32,000 bases of DNA, taken from positions 1-32,000 of the forward strand of contig JAQTNI010000009.1 of the NCBI GenBank assembly GCA_028713935.1. The letters run 5' to 3'. This stretch comes from Candidatus Iainarchaeum sp. (lineage in GTDB: Archaea; Iainarchaeota; Iainarchaeia; Iainarchaeales; GCA-2688035). The position numbers were made by a program, and so were the translations under genes. Under the pieces are notes generated by a model. It did not search any database. It saw only the letters and a program-made list of their open reading frames with translations, and was not told the DNA's origin. This document shows, one piece after another, positions 14,666-24,410 of this stretch (within the stretch, counting starts at the first letter, position 1; every line of letters starts with the position of its first letter).

Positions 14666-16183
14666 TTACAGCTCCGGCTTTTTGTTTTTTTCCACAAGAT
14701 TTTTTATTTCATCAATGTCCTGGTAGCATTGCGCCATTATTTTGCCGACTTCGTTCACATTGTGAATGTCAAATTTTATCATCCAGTTCAATATTTTTGT
14801 TTTTGTTTTTAATTCCTGCTGTATTTCTCCCTGGCTCATTCCTGTGTGCAGTGACAATTCATCATAGAATCTTATGCTTTCATTGTGCGCGACAATCTGG
14901 TCATCGCTGCTTCTCCATCTGTAAATTATGTTTGGCTTTATTTCAAGTTCTTTTCCCCTTTTTTCAGGGATAAATTCCGCTGCTTCAAGCACTCTTCTTG
15001 ATCCCAGTCTCCTGTTTCTGAACATTACAATGTTTAAGTGCACTGAATCAAGCATTGAAACTGGGATTGAAACAGGCGGGTTTACAAGCCTTGTGATTGT
15101 TTCATCGGCTGTGTTTGCATGGATTGTGGTGTAAACACTGTGCCCTGTGTGCATTGCTTCAAACATTACTTCTGCTTCTCTCTGCCTTCTGACTTCTCCA
15201 ACAATCACCCTGTCAGGCCTCATTCTCAATGAATTCACAAGCAAATCAAGCATTGTTATTCCGCCTTTTCCTTCAGGATTCGGCTCTCTTGTTGTCAATG
15301 GAACCCAGTGCAAATAATCGGGAAGCATGAGTTCCCTAGTATCTTCAATTGAAAGCACTCTGTGGTTTGGCTGTATGAAGGGCATGCAGACATTCAAAAA
15401 GCTTGTTTTTCCCGATGCTGTTCCCCCGCTGATAATGATGTTTAATTCGTATTCCATTGCTTCCCATATCAGTGCCATTAGTTCTGCGCTGACTGTTTTT
15501 GTTTTTATAAAATCAGTTACTGTCCATGGGTCTCTTCTGAAGCGCCTTATTGTGACAGTGTTTCCCTTGCTTGAAATTGGAAAAAGAGTTGCGTTTGCCC
15601 TGTCGCCTGTTATGAGATGGGCATCAAGCAATGGCGATAAGATTGTTATTTGTTTTCCAACGCGCCTTGCGATTATGTTTGCATAGTTTTCTATGTCTGC
15701 CTCTGTTTCTATGCGGACATTTGTTTTGAGCCAGCCGTATTTTTTGTGGTAAACCCATACTGGTTCCTGGCTCCTGTTTATGACTATTTCCTCAAGGTTT
15801 CCGTCTGACAAAAGAAATTCTATTCTTCCAAGGCCCAGCATTTCATGCATTAATATTCCAACAAGCGCTTTTTTTGTTTCTTCTGTTGCGGTTGGCAGTT
15901 CGGAATCAAGCATTTTTTGGGCTTTTTCAACGAATTTGCCGCGGATTTTTTCCACTGCATCCATGTCAAGCTGGCCTGTTCTTGCAGCTGTTTCCGCTAC
16001 AAGGCTTTTTTTCAGGTTTGTGAGCAGTGCGCTTGTTCCGGCGCCATAGCTTGGAAAATTCAGGTAATACATGTTTACAAATTCTTTCGGGTCATGGATA
16101 ATGTTGGTTTCCACTTTCAGGTTGTCTGTTTCCACTGTGTAAGACTCAATTACCTGGTATTTTCCGTCCATTTCTGCCTGCAT
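14666..16183 (-). CDS. Archaeal type IV filament assembly ATPase (FlaI/PilB/GspE superfamily)
   Basis: 505 aa. Walker A IISGGTASGKTSFLN, Asp box SIEDTRELML, Walker B RPDRVIVGEVRRQRE, His box GHSVYTTIHANTA. N-terminal domain is typical of FlaI-like proteins. Confidence 0.92.
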   Translation of the reverse strand: MQAEMDGKYQVIESYTVETDNLKVETNIIHDPKEFVNMYYLNFPSYGAGTSALLTNLKKSLVAETAARTGQLDMDAVEKIRGKFVEKAQKMLDSELPTATEETKKALVGILMHEMLGLGRIEFLLSDGNLEEIVINRSQEPVWVYHKKYGWLKTNVRIETEADIENYANIIARRVGKQITILSPLLDAHLITGDRANATLFPISSKGNTVTIRRFRRDPWTVTDFIKTKTVSAELMALIWEAMEYELNIIISGGTASGKTSFLNVCMPFIQPNHRVLSIEDTRELMLPDYLHWVPLTTREPNPEGKGGITMLDLLVNSLRMRPDRVIVGEVRRQREAEVMFEAMHTGHSVYTTIHANTADETITRLVNPPVSIPVSMLDSVHLNIVMFRNRRLGSRRVLEAAEFIPEKRGKELEIKPNIIYRWRSSDDQIVAHNESIRFYDELSLHTGMSQGEIQQELKTKTKILNWMIKFDIHNVNEVGKIMAQCYQDIDEIKNLVEKNKKPEL

Positions 16184-16270
16184 AAAAATCTTTTTTTTTC
16201 CATTGATTTTTTTTAATTTGCCATATTATTAACGGGTTTTGTGGTTATTAAGTTTGCGGATTTTTGGTTT

Positions 16271-18733
16271 TCATTTTCCCAAACTTTTTTCTTTTTTGAT
16301 TTTTTTTTCTTTCTTGGGTTTTGAAGGCTTTACATAATCCGCGCTTTCAATTATTGTGTCCCCGAATGCGGGGTACTCTACTTTTATGAGGTGCTGGTCT
16401 TCAAGAATGTTTAAGAGTTCTTCAAGCCGTTTTTTTTCAATTTTGGTTTCTTTCCAGAGTTCCCCTGTCCTTATTTTTCCTTTTTCCCGGATTATCTGCA
16501 AAGTAAGGTCCATGTCTGTTTCAATCCTGAATTTCATTATTTCCTTTTCATTTGTCTTTAATTTTTCTTTTTCCTTGTTTTCAAGAGTGGTGGGAAAAGT
16601 CGGGATTTCAGCTTCTGACCAGCCGACTTCGCCGGGCTCAATAATCACTCTGCGGGGCTCTTCAGAAGTTTTTTTGAAAAACCTTGTAATGGGCAAAGCC
16701 CTTATGTGCAATTCTTTTTTTGGCCTTTGCATTCCTTCCACTTTTGCGCTTATTCTCCCCATTTCTTCAAGTTCTTCGCTGCGCGAAGCCCAGCCCTCTT
16801 CCCGGCTTGTCTTTTCTGTTTCTTCATTTCCTGCATCAGCATCAAGAGGTTTTTCGGCTTCAATGTCACCCGGCTTTTCAATTTCAATGGGCTCCTCAAT
16901 TTTTGCCTCGTAATTTTTCTGCACCTGCTCTTCTTTTTGAATTATTGTTTCATGCAGTGCCTCATTGACCTGGACATTTGTTGTTTGCTGGCTTTCTTTT
17001 TTCTGTGCTCTCCTGAAAATTCCCCCGAAAAAGCCTTTTTTTGCCTGTTGTGCAGGAACAGTTGTTTTTGCTGTTTGCACTTCAATTTCTTCCTGAGGCA
17101 ATGCTGTTTGCTCTTCTGTTATCCCTGAAATTTTGCTGTAATTTGGCGCAGGCGCCTGCACCGCAATTATTTTTTCTTTCGGGGTTTCCGCGCTTTTTTG
17201 CATTGCAGGCAACTGGCCTGTTGCAGTTGTTCCTGTTTGTGTTGCCGTGCTTGTTGTTTGTGGCTGTGTTTCAGGGCTTGTTTCCTGCATTGCTGTTGCC
17301 TGCCCAGGCAAGGCTTTTTCTTCTTCTTTTTGTTTTGTTAGCCAGGGAAACTGGAATCCTTTTTTTTCTATTTCCTGTTCTGCCTGCCTCTGCAATTCGT
17401 TCATTTTTGCGAGTTTTTCAAGGCTTGCAAGCAATTGGCTGCTGTCCAATGGCTTTATTTCCTGCACAATTTTTTTTTCCGGCATTTTGTAATTGTTTAA
17501 TAATTCCACAATGTAATTTTCTATTTCCATTATTTTTTCGTCGCTAACCCTGCCTGAAAGCTTTTGCTCTATTGTTTTTTCAAGTTCTTTGCTAAGCCGT
17601 TTTTCCCTGCCTTTGGGGGCTGCTTTTGTTTTTTCAAGGATTTTCTTTTTTTCTTCAAGCTCATAAAGCTTTGCCTGGTAATCCATTACTTTTTCCTGAA
17701 AATCTTGTAGAGGGATTCTGCGCTTGTAAAAATCTATTTCCAGGCGTTTCTGCATTCTTTTCATCTGGTCTATCTGCTGGTCAGTGCTGAGCATTTCCTC
17801 GTGGCTTTCTATGACAATTTTTGGCTTTGGCGATGCCCTTGCAAGGCTTGCTGCCGCAAGAGTAATTGCCTTTGCGGCTTCAGCCAGATCAGTCATTGTT
17901 TTCAGTTCCAATGGCGATTTTGTCTCTTCCCTGAAAATAATCTGGCCTTTTGCCTGTTCAGTTGCAATTTGCTCCATTTCAAGGTTTTCTTTTGCGGAAG
18001 AAACCTTGCTGAGAAGCGCTATCTGCATTTTGTAGTCCCGAATTTTTTTTGTTAGCTGGCTTTTTTTCCTGGTTTGTTCCTCTGAAAGTTTTTTTTCTTC
18101 CTGCGCATGCTTTAACTGGTTCAGTTCCCTCTGGTATCTTGCCTGCCATGATTCAAGCCTGGTTATTTTTGACCTTATTTTTTTCAGGTTTTCTTTTAAT
18201 GCTCCGGGCTCTTCCCTTATTTTTTCTGAAACCCCTTCAAGCCTTTCCATTTCAGGCGAAATTGCTTCAGGCTCTCCGCTTATTGCCTGTTCAGCAAACT
18301 CTTCAAATCCTTTTTTTGTTTCAGATGCAGGAATTTCCGGCATTGTTATTTTTTCCAGTTTTTCTTCCCTTGCCTTTCCGCCAAAAAGCCTCCTGAAAAT
18401 CCTTGAAAAAAAGCCCTGTTTTTTTCCTGATGTTTTTGTTTCTTCCGCAAACATCCGTTTCCTCGCTGCTTCTTCTATCTGGGATTTTATTATTTCCCTT
18501 AAAATCGGCTTGTCACCCGAAATCTGGGTTTCAATAATTCTGCCTATTTCGCTTTTCAACTGGTCAAAAGTATGTGCCTGTGCAACAAGAAGCATTCTTT
18601 TTGCCTCATCATCCTTTGCGCCAAGGCCCTGCAAGGTTTTAATTATTTTGTCTTCTGTTTCTCCTTCTCTCAGCATTTCGCCTATTATTTTGATTATTCC
18701 TTTTTCACTTTTTTCTTCAGGCATAAAAATCAT
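16271..18733 (-). CDS. 820-aa K/E-rich coiled-coil protein with C-terminal winged-helix-like domain; pilus-locus protein of unknown function
   Basis: Uninterrupted ORF between the prepilin genes and the ATPase. Long heptad-like K/E/Q/L regions, a T/Q/P low-complexity linker (aa ~477-520), two copies of a KKGFF..IFRR motif, and C-terminal DLTLQIIREKGKIRTGELWKETKIEKKRLEELLNILEDQHLIKVE (wHTH-like). Confidence 0.75.
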   Translation of the reverse strand: MIFMPEEKSEKGIIKIIGEMLREGETEDKIIKTLQGLGAKDDEAKRMLLVAQAHTFDQLKSEIGRIIETQISGDKPILREIIKSQIEEAARKRMFAEETKTSGKKQGFFSRIFRRLFGGKAREEKLEKITMPEIPASETKKGFEEFAEQAISGEPEAISPEMERLEGVSEKIREEPGALKENLKKIRSKITRLESWQARYQRELNQLKHAQEEKKLSEEQTRKKSQLTKKIRDYKMQIALLSKVSSAKENLEMEQIATEQAKGQIIFREETKSPLELKTMTDLAEAAKAITLAAASLARASPKPKIVIESHEEMLSTDQQIDQMKRMQKRLEIDFYKRRIPLQDFQEKVMDYQAKLYELEEKKKILEKTKAAPKGREKRLSKELEKTIEQKLSGRVSDEKIMEIENYIVELLNNYKMPEKKIVQEIKPLDSSQLLASLEKLAKMNELQRQAEQEIEKKGFQFPWLTKQKEEEKALPGQATAMQETSPETQPQTTSTATQTGTTATGQLPAMQKSAETPKEKIIAVQAPAPNYSKISGITEEQTALPQEEIEVQTAKTTVPAQQAKKGFFGGIFRRAQKKESQQTTNVQVNEALHETIIQKEEQVQKNYEAKIEEPIEIEKPGDIEAEKPLDADAGNEETEKTSREEGWASRSEELEEMGRISAKVEGMQRPKKELHIRALPITRFFKKTSEEPRRVIIEPGEVGWSEAEIPTFPTTLENKEKEKLKTNEKEIMKFRIETDMDLTLQIIREKGKIRTGELWKETKIEKKRLEELLNILEDQHLIKVEYPAFGDTIIESADYVKPSKPKKEKKIKKEKSLGK

Positions 18734-18751
18734 CTTCAGCTTGTATACTTA

Positions 18752-19903
18752 TCAGCTTGTTCCAATTTTAAGGTTTGTAAAGCCGGATTTTCCGACATTA
18801 AAATCAAAAGCATTGAATTTAACAAGAGCAATCGGCTCTTTGAAAATAATTTTTGTTGATGCAATTACTGGTGCGTGCTGGTCTGCTTTGTTGTCCATTC
18901 CAATAATTACTTTCGGGTCGAAATCTTCTAATTTTGACTCATTTAGGATAAAAATATCTGTATAGCCTTCGCCCGCAAGTTTTAGGCTGAAATAATTGTC
19001 TGCTGTGCCAACATGATTTGAGCCTTCTGTAGAACAGCAGGAAAGGTCGCAGGGAGGCTGTGGGTCGCAATCCGCAATGGGGATCTGGCTATTGATATTA
19101 ACATAAGGATTGGCATTTGATTGGAGAAATTCGTTTAACAGTGGGTTTTTTGAGCCATCCCCGAGGTCGCCATAATATTCCCATTTTTGTATCTGAATTG
19201 GCATGCCTGCATTTGGGCCTGTTGTTGGCTTTGGAATTGTCACATTAAAATCAATCATTCTTATTTTGCTTATGTCAAAGCTGCATCCATCATCTTCTCC
19301 ATCAGTAAAAATTTGCAGCAAGGTTCCGTCAGGCTGCGGATTATAGGATATGCATTCGTCCAAAATCAGGTATGTGAACTTGTCGTTTCCTCCCCAATCG
19401 GAATTTTTAGCAGCCCTTGCAGTTATGTTTAAGTCTCCGTTTATGTTTTTGTCTGAAACAAAAATCGAGTAAAGGTTCAGCGCATCATACATCGCTTTGA
19501 GCTGTTCATCATCGCTGCTTATCGGGGTTTCCTGTGAAATTTCTATCCATCCGCATCCGCTTGGCGAAGCATTTGGGCCTGTGCAGGGGCAAATGTCATG
19601 GTCTTCACTTTCGGGGCAGCCATTTTCTTGGACACAGTCATCTTTGCAGGCCATGTTTCCCGCATCATATTCAAACGGAGTTAGAATCCTGCTCTGCAGC
19701 CTTCCTGCATAGCCTGTTTTTACTGCCAATGTTTCGTTGTAAATGTTTGCAAAGCCAGTGTTTACTGCGTCAAAAGCGGTTTCTTCAACAGTGCCTTGTT
19801 TTTGCCCGATTGTTGTTTGTTTTACCCCGCTTCCTGCAAGAATTATTGCCAGTCCCATTAGGAATATTACAAATGCAAGGAAAAAGCCTTTTTTGCTGTT
19901 CAT
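18752..19903 (-). CDS. Prepilin-like protein (383 aa), KKG|F-type N-terminus
   Basis: MNSKKG|FFLAFVIFLMGLAIILAG followed by a Cys-containing, D/N/G-rich extracellular-looking domain. The ATG directly abuts the stop of the upstream giant gene (TAA-ATG), with GGTGA 5 nt upstream. Confidence 0.72.
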   Translation of the reverse strand: MNSKKGFFLAFVIFLMGLAIILAGSGVKQTTIGQKQGTVEETAFDAVNTGFANIYNETLAVKTGYAGRLQSRILTPFEYDAGNMACKDDCVQENGCPESEDHDICPCTGPNASPSGCGWIEISQETPISSDDEQLKAMYDALNLYSIFVSDKNINGDLNITARAAKNSDWGGNDKFTYLILDECISYNPQPDGTLLQIFTDGEDDGCSFDISKIRMIDFNVTIPKPTTGPNAGMPIQIQKWEYYGDLGDGSKNPLLNEFLQSNANPYVNINSQIPIADCDPQPPCDLSCCSTEGSNHVGTADNYFSLKLAGEGYTDIFILNESKLEDFDPKVIIGMDNKADQHAPVIASTKIIFKEPIALVKFNAFDFNVGKSGFTNLKIGTS

Positions 19904-22900
19904 TTATTTCACCCAGGCAGCGTATTGCACTTTGAAGTAATAAACTTTTGATTCGCCCAGGCAGTATATTTGTGCTGTGTTGTGCAAGCTGCAGTCTTTT
20001 GCACCGCTTATCACTCCCCAGATATAACCTTCGCCTAACAATTTTGTGTTGCTAGTTGAAACAGTGTAATTTGGCGCTGCAGGCTGGTATTGTAAATTTT
20101 TATCTGCAGTTATGGAAAAAGTGCCGCAGTTTCCTGTGCAACCTGACGGTGGCAGGTCTGTGTCAATGTGGGTTGTCATTGTGTTATTTTTATAAAATCC
20201 AATGTAAAGGTCTTTTGGCGCTGTGAATCCAACACAGTTTAATTCAAAATTTAGTCTTGTGTCTTGAGGCCCATATATTGTTCCGCAGTCTGTTCCTATG
20301 CATGTGAATTTTATCTGGCAGTCCCTGTAGCCAAATGGCACTGTTTGCCTGCATGTTGCCAGGTCGTATGGGCAGTTTGGCATGCAACTACTGTCGCATT
20401 CAGTCTCTGTTCCCCAAATGTAATTATTCTGGTCTTTTATTATTGTTGTCTGCGGAGGCGGAAATTTTATTGTATCGCTTTGGCAGTATTCTCCTGTGCA
20501 GGGAATTCTTTCCTTGAATGTCTGGCTTTTGTATTCTCCTGCAATGTCAACATCAAAAGTTATGCTTTGGTTTGTCCACTCGGGGTTTGTTGTGCAGGCA
20601 GGAGTGTCATCTGCTTTTAGGCATTTGTAAGCGTCTGTTCCAATGGTTTCGTATTTTTCGCATTTGCATATTTCTGTTCCCGGCTCGGCTTCTATGGTTA
20701 TTTTTGTATTTGGAATTGCTGTTCCAATTTCTTCTGCAATCAATGCGTATATTTCCGTTAAAGTGCTTTGGTCTGCCGCAAAATAATATCTTCCGCACTG
20801 CTGGACTTTGTTAATTTCCAGGCTTGGCCAGTTTGAAAAACATTCGGGATATTTTGGGTTTGAACCGTTCATTCTGGCTTCTTCGCAGGCTCCTGTTGCA
20901 TCATAGCTTGTGCAGGGGTCTTTTGCAATGTCCCTTAAATCCTCTGCGGCAGCATCTCCGCCAAAACCAATTGCATAAACAGTAATTCCTGTGCTTCTTG
21001 CATTATCCGCTTGCAGTATTGCATATTGCACTGCCTCCGCGGGTGTGCAAGCTGTTCCTCCTTCACATTTGTTTGCCTGTCCGTCTGTAAGCAGCACAAT
21101 GAATTTTTTGTTTTGTGTATTAAATGCCGCGCTTGCAATTCCTATTGCGTCTCCAATGTTTGTTTCTCCGCTCGGATTCATTGTTTTGGCAGGGTCTGGG
21201 CCAAAACTGTCAGTGCCGTTTAAAGTTCCTATCAAATTTGTTTTTCCAGCTGCATTAAGAAGAATCGGGCCTTGGTTAAGCACTGCCGTAGTTGAATAGC
21301 TCGCTATTCCCATTTTGTCTTCTGATTTCCATTGTGCGTTGTTTATGAATGTTATTGCTGCCGAAAGCGCAGCGTCAATTCTTTTTATAGACCAATCAAT
21401 GTTGTAACTTGTAAGATATTCAGCCCAGCCTATTACACTGTAATCTCCTGCTGGGATTGGCTGGCCTGTTGCAGTGTTGTCATAAATTATGCTCTGGCTT
21501 GTGCATGTGTCCATTGAATCCGCGTTTGTGCAATTTACTCCGTAACCGTTATTGTCTAACCAGCCTTTTCTTGGGCGGGGATAATACCATTTCAAATTTG
21601 AGCTTCCAGATATTGGATTTTCAAATCCAATTGCTCCGCCTGCACAGACAGCGCCAGAGTCGCCTATAAGTGATGTGGAAATTTTGAGCCCGCGGAATTT
21701 ATAATTGTCTGTGATTGTTGTTGTGTCCAGGTATGTTGCTGAACTTTCTATGCTTGGCAGGCTTGCAACAGCATTGCTTGGGTTTGTCGGGCAGTTTGTT
21801 TCTCCGGGAATCATTGGTGTTGTTGTGCTTGTGCAGGTTGCACCGCTGCAGGTCCCCCCGCTTATTGAATCTGTCCTGCCAAAATTTCCAAAAACAAGGC
21901 CAAAAGAATTGCTTACAGTAGTTTGAACATTGAATGTTACTGCAGAATCAGACCAGGCCCATAATTCATAATCCCCTGTTGTTTCAAATGGTCCCGATAA
22001 GCTGCTTCCCCAATTTATTGAGCAGGGAGTTCCCTGTGCGCAAGTGCTGCTGGTCCAATCAACTGCCCCGCTGCTATTTTTGTGCGTAACATAAAATCTT
22101 GGCCATCTGCAGTCTCCGCTGTAATTCTGGTAATTGCTGATTTGCCAGCCAATTCCGTAAATTTGATTATATTTTACAAGATCATAAGGAAAAGTGTATG
22201 AACTAATTTTTTGCCAGTTCCCGTAATTGCTGCAGTCAGTTGGATTTTCTCCTTCCTGATATGTTCCTTCGTGTGTTCCTGTTCCGCTTGCACTTAAACC
22301 TGAAGCAGTAATTGAAGCCGGATTTTGCCGTAAATAAACATAATATCCTACTGGTGAATCGCTCCAGGCGTTTACTCCGTAGTTGTAGCCATAGCTTGGC
22401 CCCAGGCTTAATACTGTGTTTCCGCTTATGGCCTCGTAATAGAGGTAGCCGACGTTGTTTACTATTGCGCCGTTTGGTTGTGTTACCCAGATTCCTTGTG
22501 TTCCATCTCCTGCATAATTATTTTTGCATGCCCCGTTGTATGTTGTTCCTGATGAAATGAAATAAAGAGTGTCATTGCTTAAAATTTTGTTCAAGGTGCC
22601 TTGGCTTGAAAAATCATATGAGCCTGAGCTTTGCTTGTTTGTATACGCGGTTGATGCTTTGCTTAAAGGGCAATTCGTGGTTGTTTGTGCCGGCGTGTCT
22701 GGATTTAAAACACAGCTAGGCCCGCCTCCGTTTAGCCAATTGTACAATGCTCCTGTGTTATTGTTGCCTGAGGAATCCGAAGCAATATTTCCGCTTGATT
22801 CGTTAAATGCCCAGTATCCAACCAAATTTGCATTGTTATTGAAAACCCCGTTATAATGCTGGTTAATTTCTACTGCAGTAAGCACCCTGTGGTAAACTCT

Positions 22901-24346
22901 TACTTCGTCTATTATGCCGTTAAATTCGTTTGTGATTGGCGGGACTCCTGGCCAGCCTGTTAAAGAATCACTGCCTGTTTTCCAAAATCCTGCATAATTT
23001 TTGGCTGTTCTTGTGATTGTGTCTCTTGCCACTGGGTTTGGGTTTCCGTCAACATAAAGTTTCATTCCTACTGTGCTGCTTAGTGTTGCTACAACATGGT
23101 GCCATTGCTGATTATTGTATCCTACCATGCTGCTTAGATTTGCAACAATATTTTGCTGTTGTTGGCTATTGTCTCCTGCCAATTGAGGAACTACCATTGA
23201 GGGGCTTGTTATTACTTTTTTTGTTGTGCCGGAAATAATTCCAAAGGAAAGAGTGCCATTGTCGCGCATATAAATTAGCCTGTCTGTATTTGTGCTTGTT
23301 CCTACCTGGCTGTTTCCAAAGCCTATCAGCCTTCCGCCATTTATGTTATCCGAAGTTGTTTTGAACCATAATTCTATGGAAAAATTTGTGGGATTTGTAA
23401 AGCCATTATATGTTGTTACAAAAGTGTTTGCTGAACCAAACCTTAGTGCGTGGCTTCCTCTTTTTCCCGGTGCAACCCATTTTTCCGTTGTGTTTGTGCA
23501 GTATCCATAATTGATTTGCCCGATTGGGCTTGCAGTTGCTATTGGCGAGTCCATGTCAAATTTTGACATTGTAAGGCTTCTGTCTATTATTGTCATTATT
23601 GCTATTGGGTCTCTTATTCCGCTTTTTTCGCTTATTGTGACTGTTGCCACTTCATTGGCATCTACTCCGTCTTCAGAATCATAACAGTACATTTTTGATG
23701 TTGGCACAAAAAGTTCCGGCGTCTCAGTGCCTGGAGTGTTTGTTGTACTTACTTTTGTTGTTATTGTTGTTGCTGTTTCGTCCAATTGCAGCGTTGTGTT
23801 TTTTTTGTTTTCAGAGGCTGTTTCTATTATGCAGTTGTTTGCAATGTTTCCTTTCATATAGGGCTGCCTTTTCATGAATGCCTGGCTTCCAGTGTAAATT
23901 TCCTGGTTTGAGGGTATTTGCTGGCCTCCTGTTGCTTCTGAAACTTTGTTGAAGCATTCGTTGAATTGTGTTGTGCCAGGAGGGGGATTTCTGCAGCTTG
24001 CCAGGTCTGTGTTTTTTTGTTCAAATTGTTCTATTTGTATGTTTAAATCCATGTTTTCCGGCAATATTTTTTTCATTTCAAAGTAAAGCAAATCTGCGTC
24101 AAAATTTGTAAGCGGGTTTCCTGTGTTGTCTACAAATATTTGCCCTATTATGCCGTTGTTGTCCATTGCAGTCACTGCATCGTCAAGCATTTGTTTTGCG
24201 TTTGCCTGCCGGGTTATGCTTGCAGTTGGCGCTTCCGTCATTATTCCCAATCCAAGATAGGATATCAGGGCAATGAGAATTGCTATTGCAAACAATGTGT
24301 CCAATGAAATTACAAATCCTTTTTCACGGGTTTTTTCAGCAATCAT
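19904..24346 (-). CDS. Giant prepilin-like adhesin candidate (~1480 aa) with LamG and vWA domains and Cys-rich C-terminus
   Basis: N-terminus MIAEKTREKG|FVISLDTLFAIAILIALISYLGLGI; the ORF extends to a TTG at 24355. LamG_3-like region aa ~296-505 (FSIELWFK ... WHHVVATL ... LYVDGNP ... FNGIIDEVRVYHRVLTAVEI). vWA-like region aa ~975-1215 (GETNIGDAIGIA, KKFIVLLTDGQAN, ITVYAIGFGGDA). A MIDAS-like IIDRSLTMS lies at aa 257-264. Confidence 0.85.
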   Translation of the reverse strand: MIAEKTREKGFVISLDTLFAIAILIALISYLGLGIMTEAPTASITRQANAKQMLDDAVTAMDNNGIIGQIFVDNTGNPLTNFDADLLYFEMKKILPENMDLNIQIEQFEQKNTDLASCRNPPPGTTQFNECFNKVSEATGGQQIPSNQEIYTGSQAFMKRQPYMKGNIANNCIIETASENKKNTTLQLDETATTITTKVSTTNTPGTETPELFVPTSKMYCYDSEDGVDANEVATVTISEKSGIRDPIAIMTIIDRSLTMSKFDMDSPIATASPIGQINYGYCTNTTEKWVAPGKRGSHALRFGSANTFVTTYNGFTNPTNFSIELWFKTTSDNINGGRLIGFGNSQVGTSTNTDRLIYMRDNGTLSFGIISGTTKKVITSPSMVVPQLAGDNSQQQQNIVANLSSMVGYNNQQWHHVVATLSSTVGMKLYVDGNPNPVARDTITRTAKNYAGFWKTGSDSLTGWPGVPPITNEFNGIIDEVRVYHRVLTAVEINQHYNGVFNNNANLVGYWAFNESSGNIASDSSGNNNTGALYNWLNGGGPSCVLNPDTPAQTTTNCPLSKASTAYTNKQSSGSYDFSSQGTLNKILSNDTLYFISSGTTYNGACKNNYAGDGTQGIWVTQPNGAIVNNVGYLYYEAISGNTVLSLGPSYGYNYGVNAWSDSPVGYYVYLRQNPASITASGLSASGTGTHEGTYQEGENPTDCSNYGNWQKISSYTFPYDLVKYNQIYGIGWQISNYQNYSGDCRWPRFYVTHKNSSGAVDWTSSTCAQGTPCSINWGSSLSGPFETTGDYELWAWSDSAVTFNVQTTVSNSFGLVFGNFGRTDSISGGTCSGATCTSTTTPMIPGETNCPTNPSNAVASLPSIESSATYLDTTTITDNYKFRGLKISTSLIGDSGAVCAGGAIGFENPISGSSNLKWYYPRPRKGWLDNNGYGVNCTNADSMDTCTSQSIIYDNTATGQPIPAGDYSVIGWAEYLTSYNIDWSIKRIDAALSAAITFINNAQWKSEDKMGIASYSTTAVLNQGPILLNAAGKTNLIGTLNGTDSFGPDPAKTMNPSGETNIGDAIGIASAAFNTQNKKFIVLLTDGQANKCEGGTACTPAEAVQYAILQADNARSTGITVYAIGFGGDAAAEDLRDIAKDPCTSYDATGACEEARMNGSNPKYPECFSNWPSLEINKVQQCGRYYFAADQSTLTEIYALIAEEIGTAIPNTKITIEAEPGTEICKCEKYETIGTDAYKCLKADDTPACTTNPEWTNQSITFDVDIAGEYKSQTFKERIPCTGEYCQSDTIKFPPPQTTIIKDQNNYIWGTETECDSSCMPNCPYDLATCRQTVPFGYRDCQIKFTCIGTDCGTIYGPQDTRLNFELNCVGFTAPKDLYIGFYKNNTMTTHIDTDLPPSGCTGNCGTFSITADKNLQYQPAAPNYTVSTSNTKLLGEGYIWGVISGAKDCSLHNTAQIYCLGESKVYYFKVQYAAWVK

Positions 24347-24360
24347 TTTTTCCAATCCGG

Positions 24361-24410
24361 CTTTAATTTATTTTATTATAATTAATATTTTTTTAATATA
24401 AAATTGTATT
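24361..24410 (-). promoter_or_regulatory. Near-100% AT promoter region upstream of the giant adhesin gene
   Basis: ctttaatttattttattataattaatatttttttaatataaaattgtatt. Several TATA-like boxes lie 20-60 nt upstream of ATG 24346. This is the only sizeable gap (90 nt) among the six prepilin-like genes. Confidence 0.4.

Noticed and set aside
12766-16183. Archaellum (motility) operon
   Set aside because: There are no archaellin genes and no FlaF/FlaG/FlaH/FlaC-E equivalents, the platform is split in two, and the associated class III proteins have Q at +1. This fits an adhesive Epd/Tad-like pilus better.
16356-18396. Plus-strand ORFs (16356..16913, 16706..17128, 17041..17547, 18049..18396 and others) inside the 820-aa gene
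   Set aside because: These show the same antisense-shadow effect: F/L/C/S-rich junk-like sequences, mutually overlapping, none with start-site signals.
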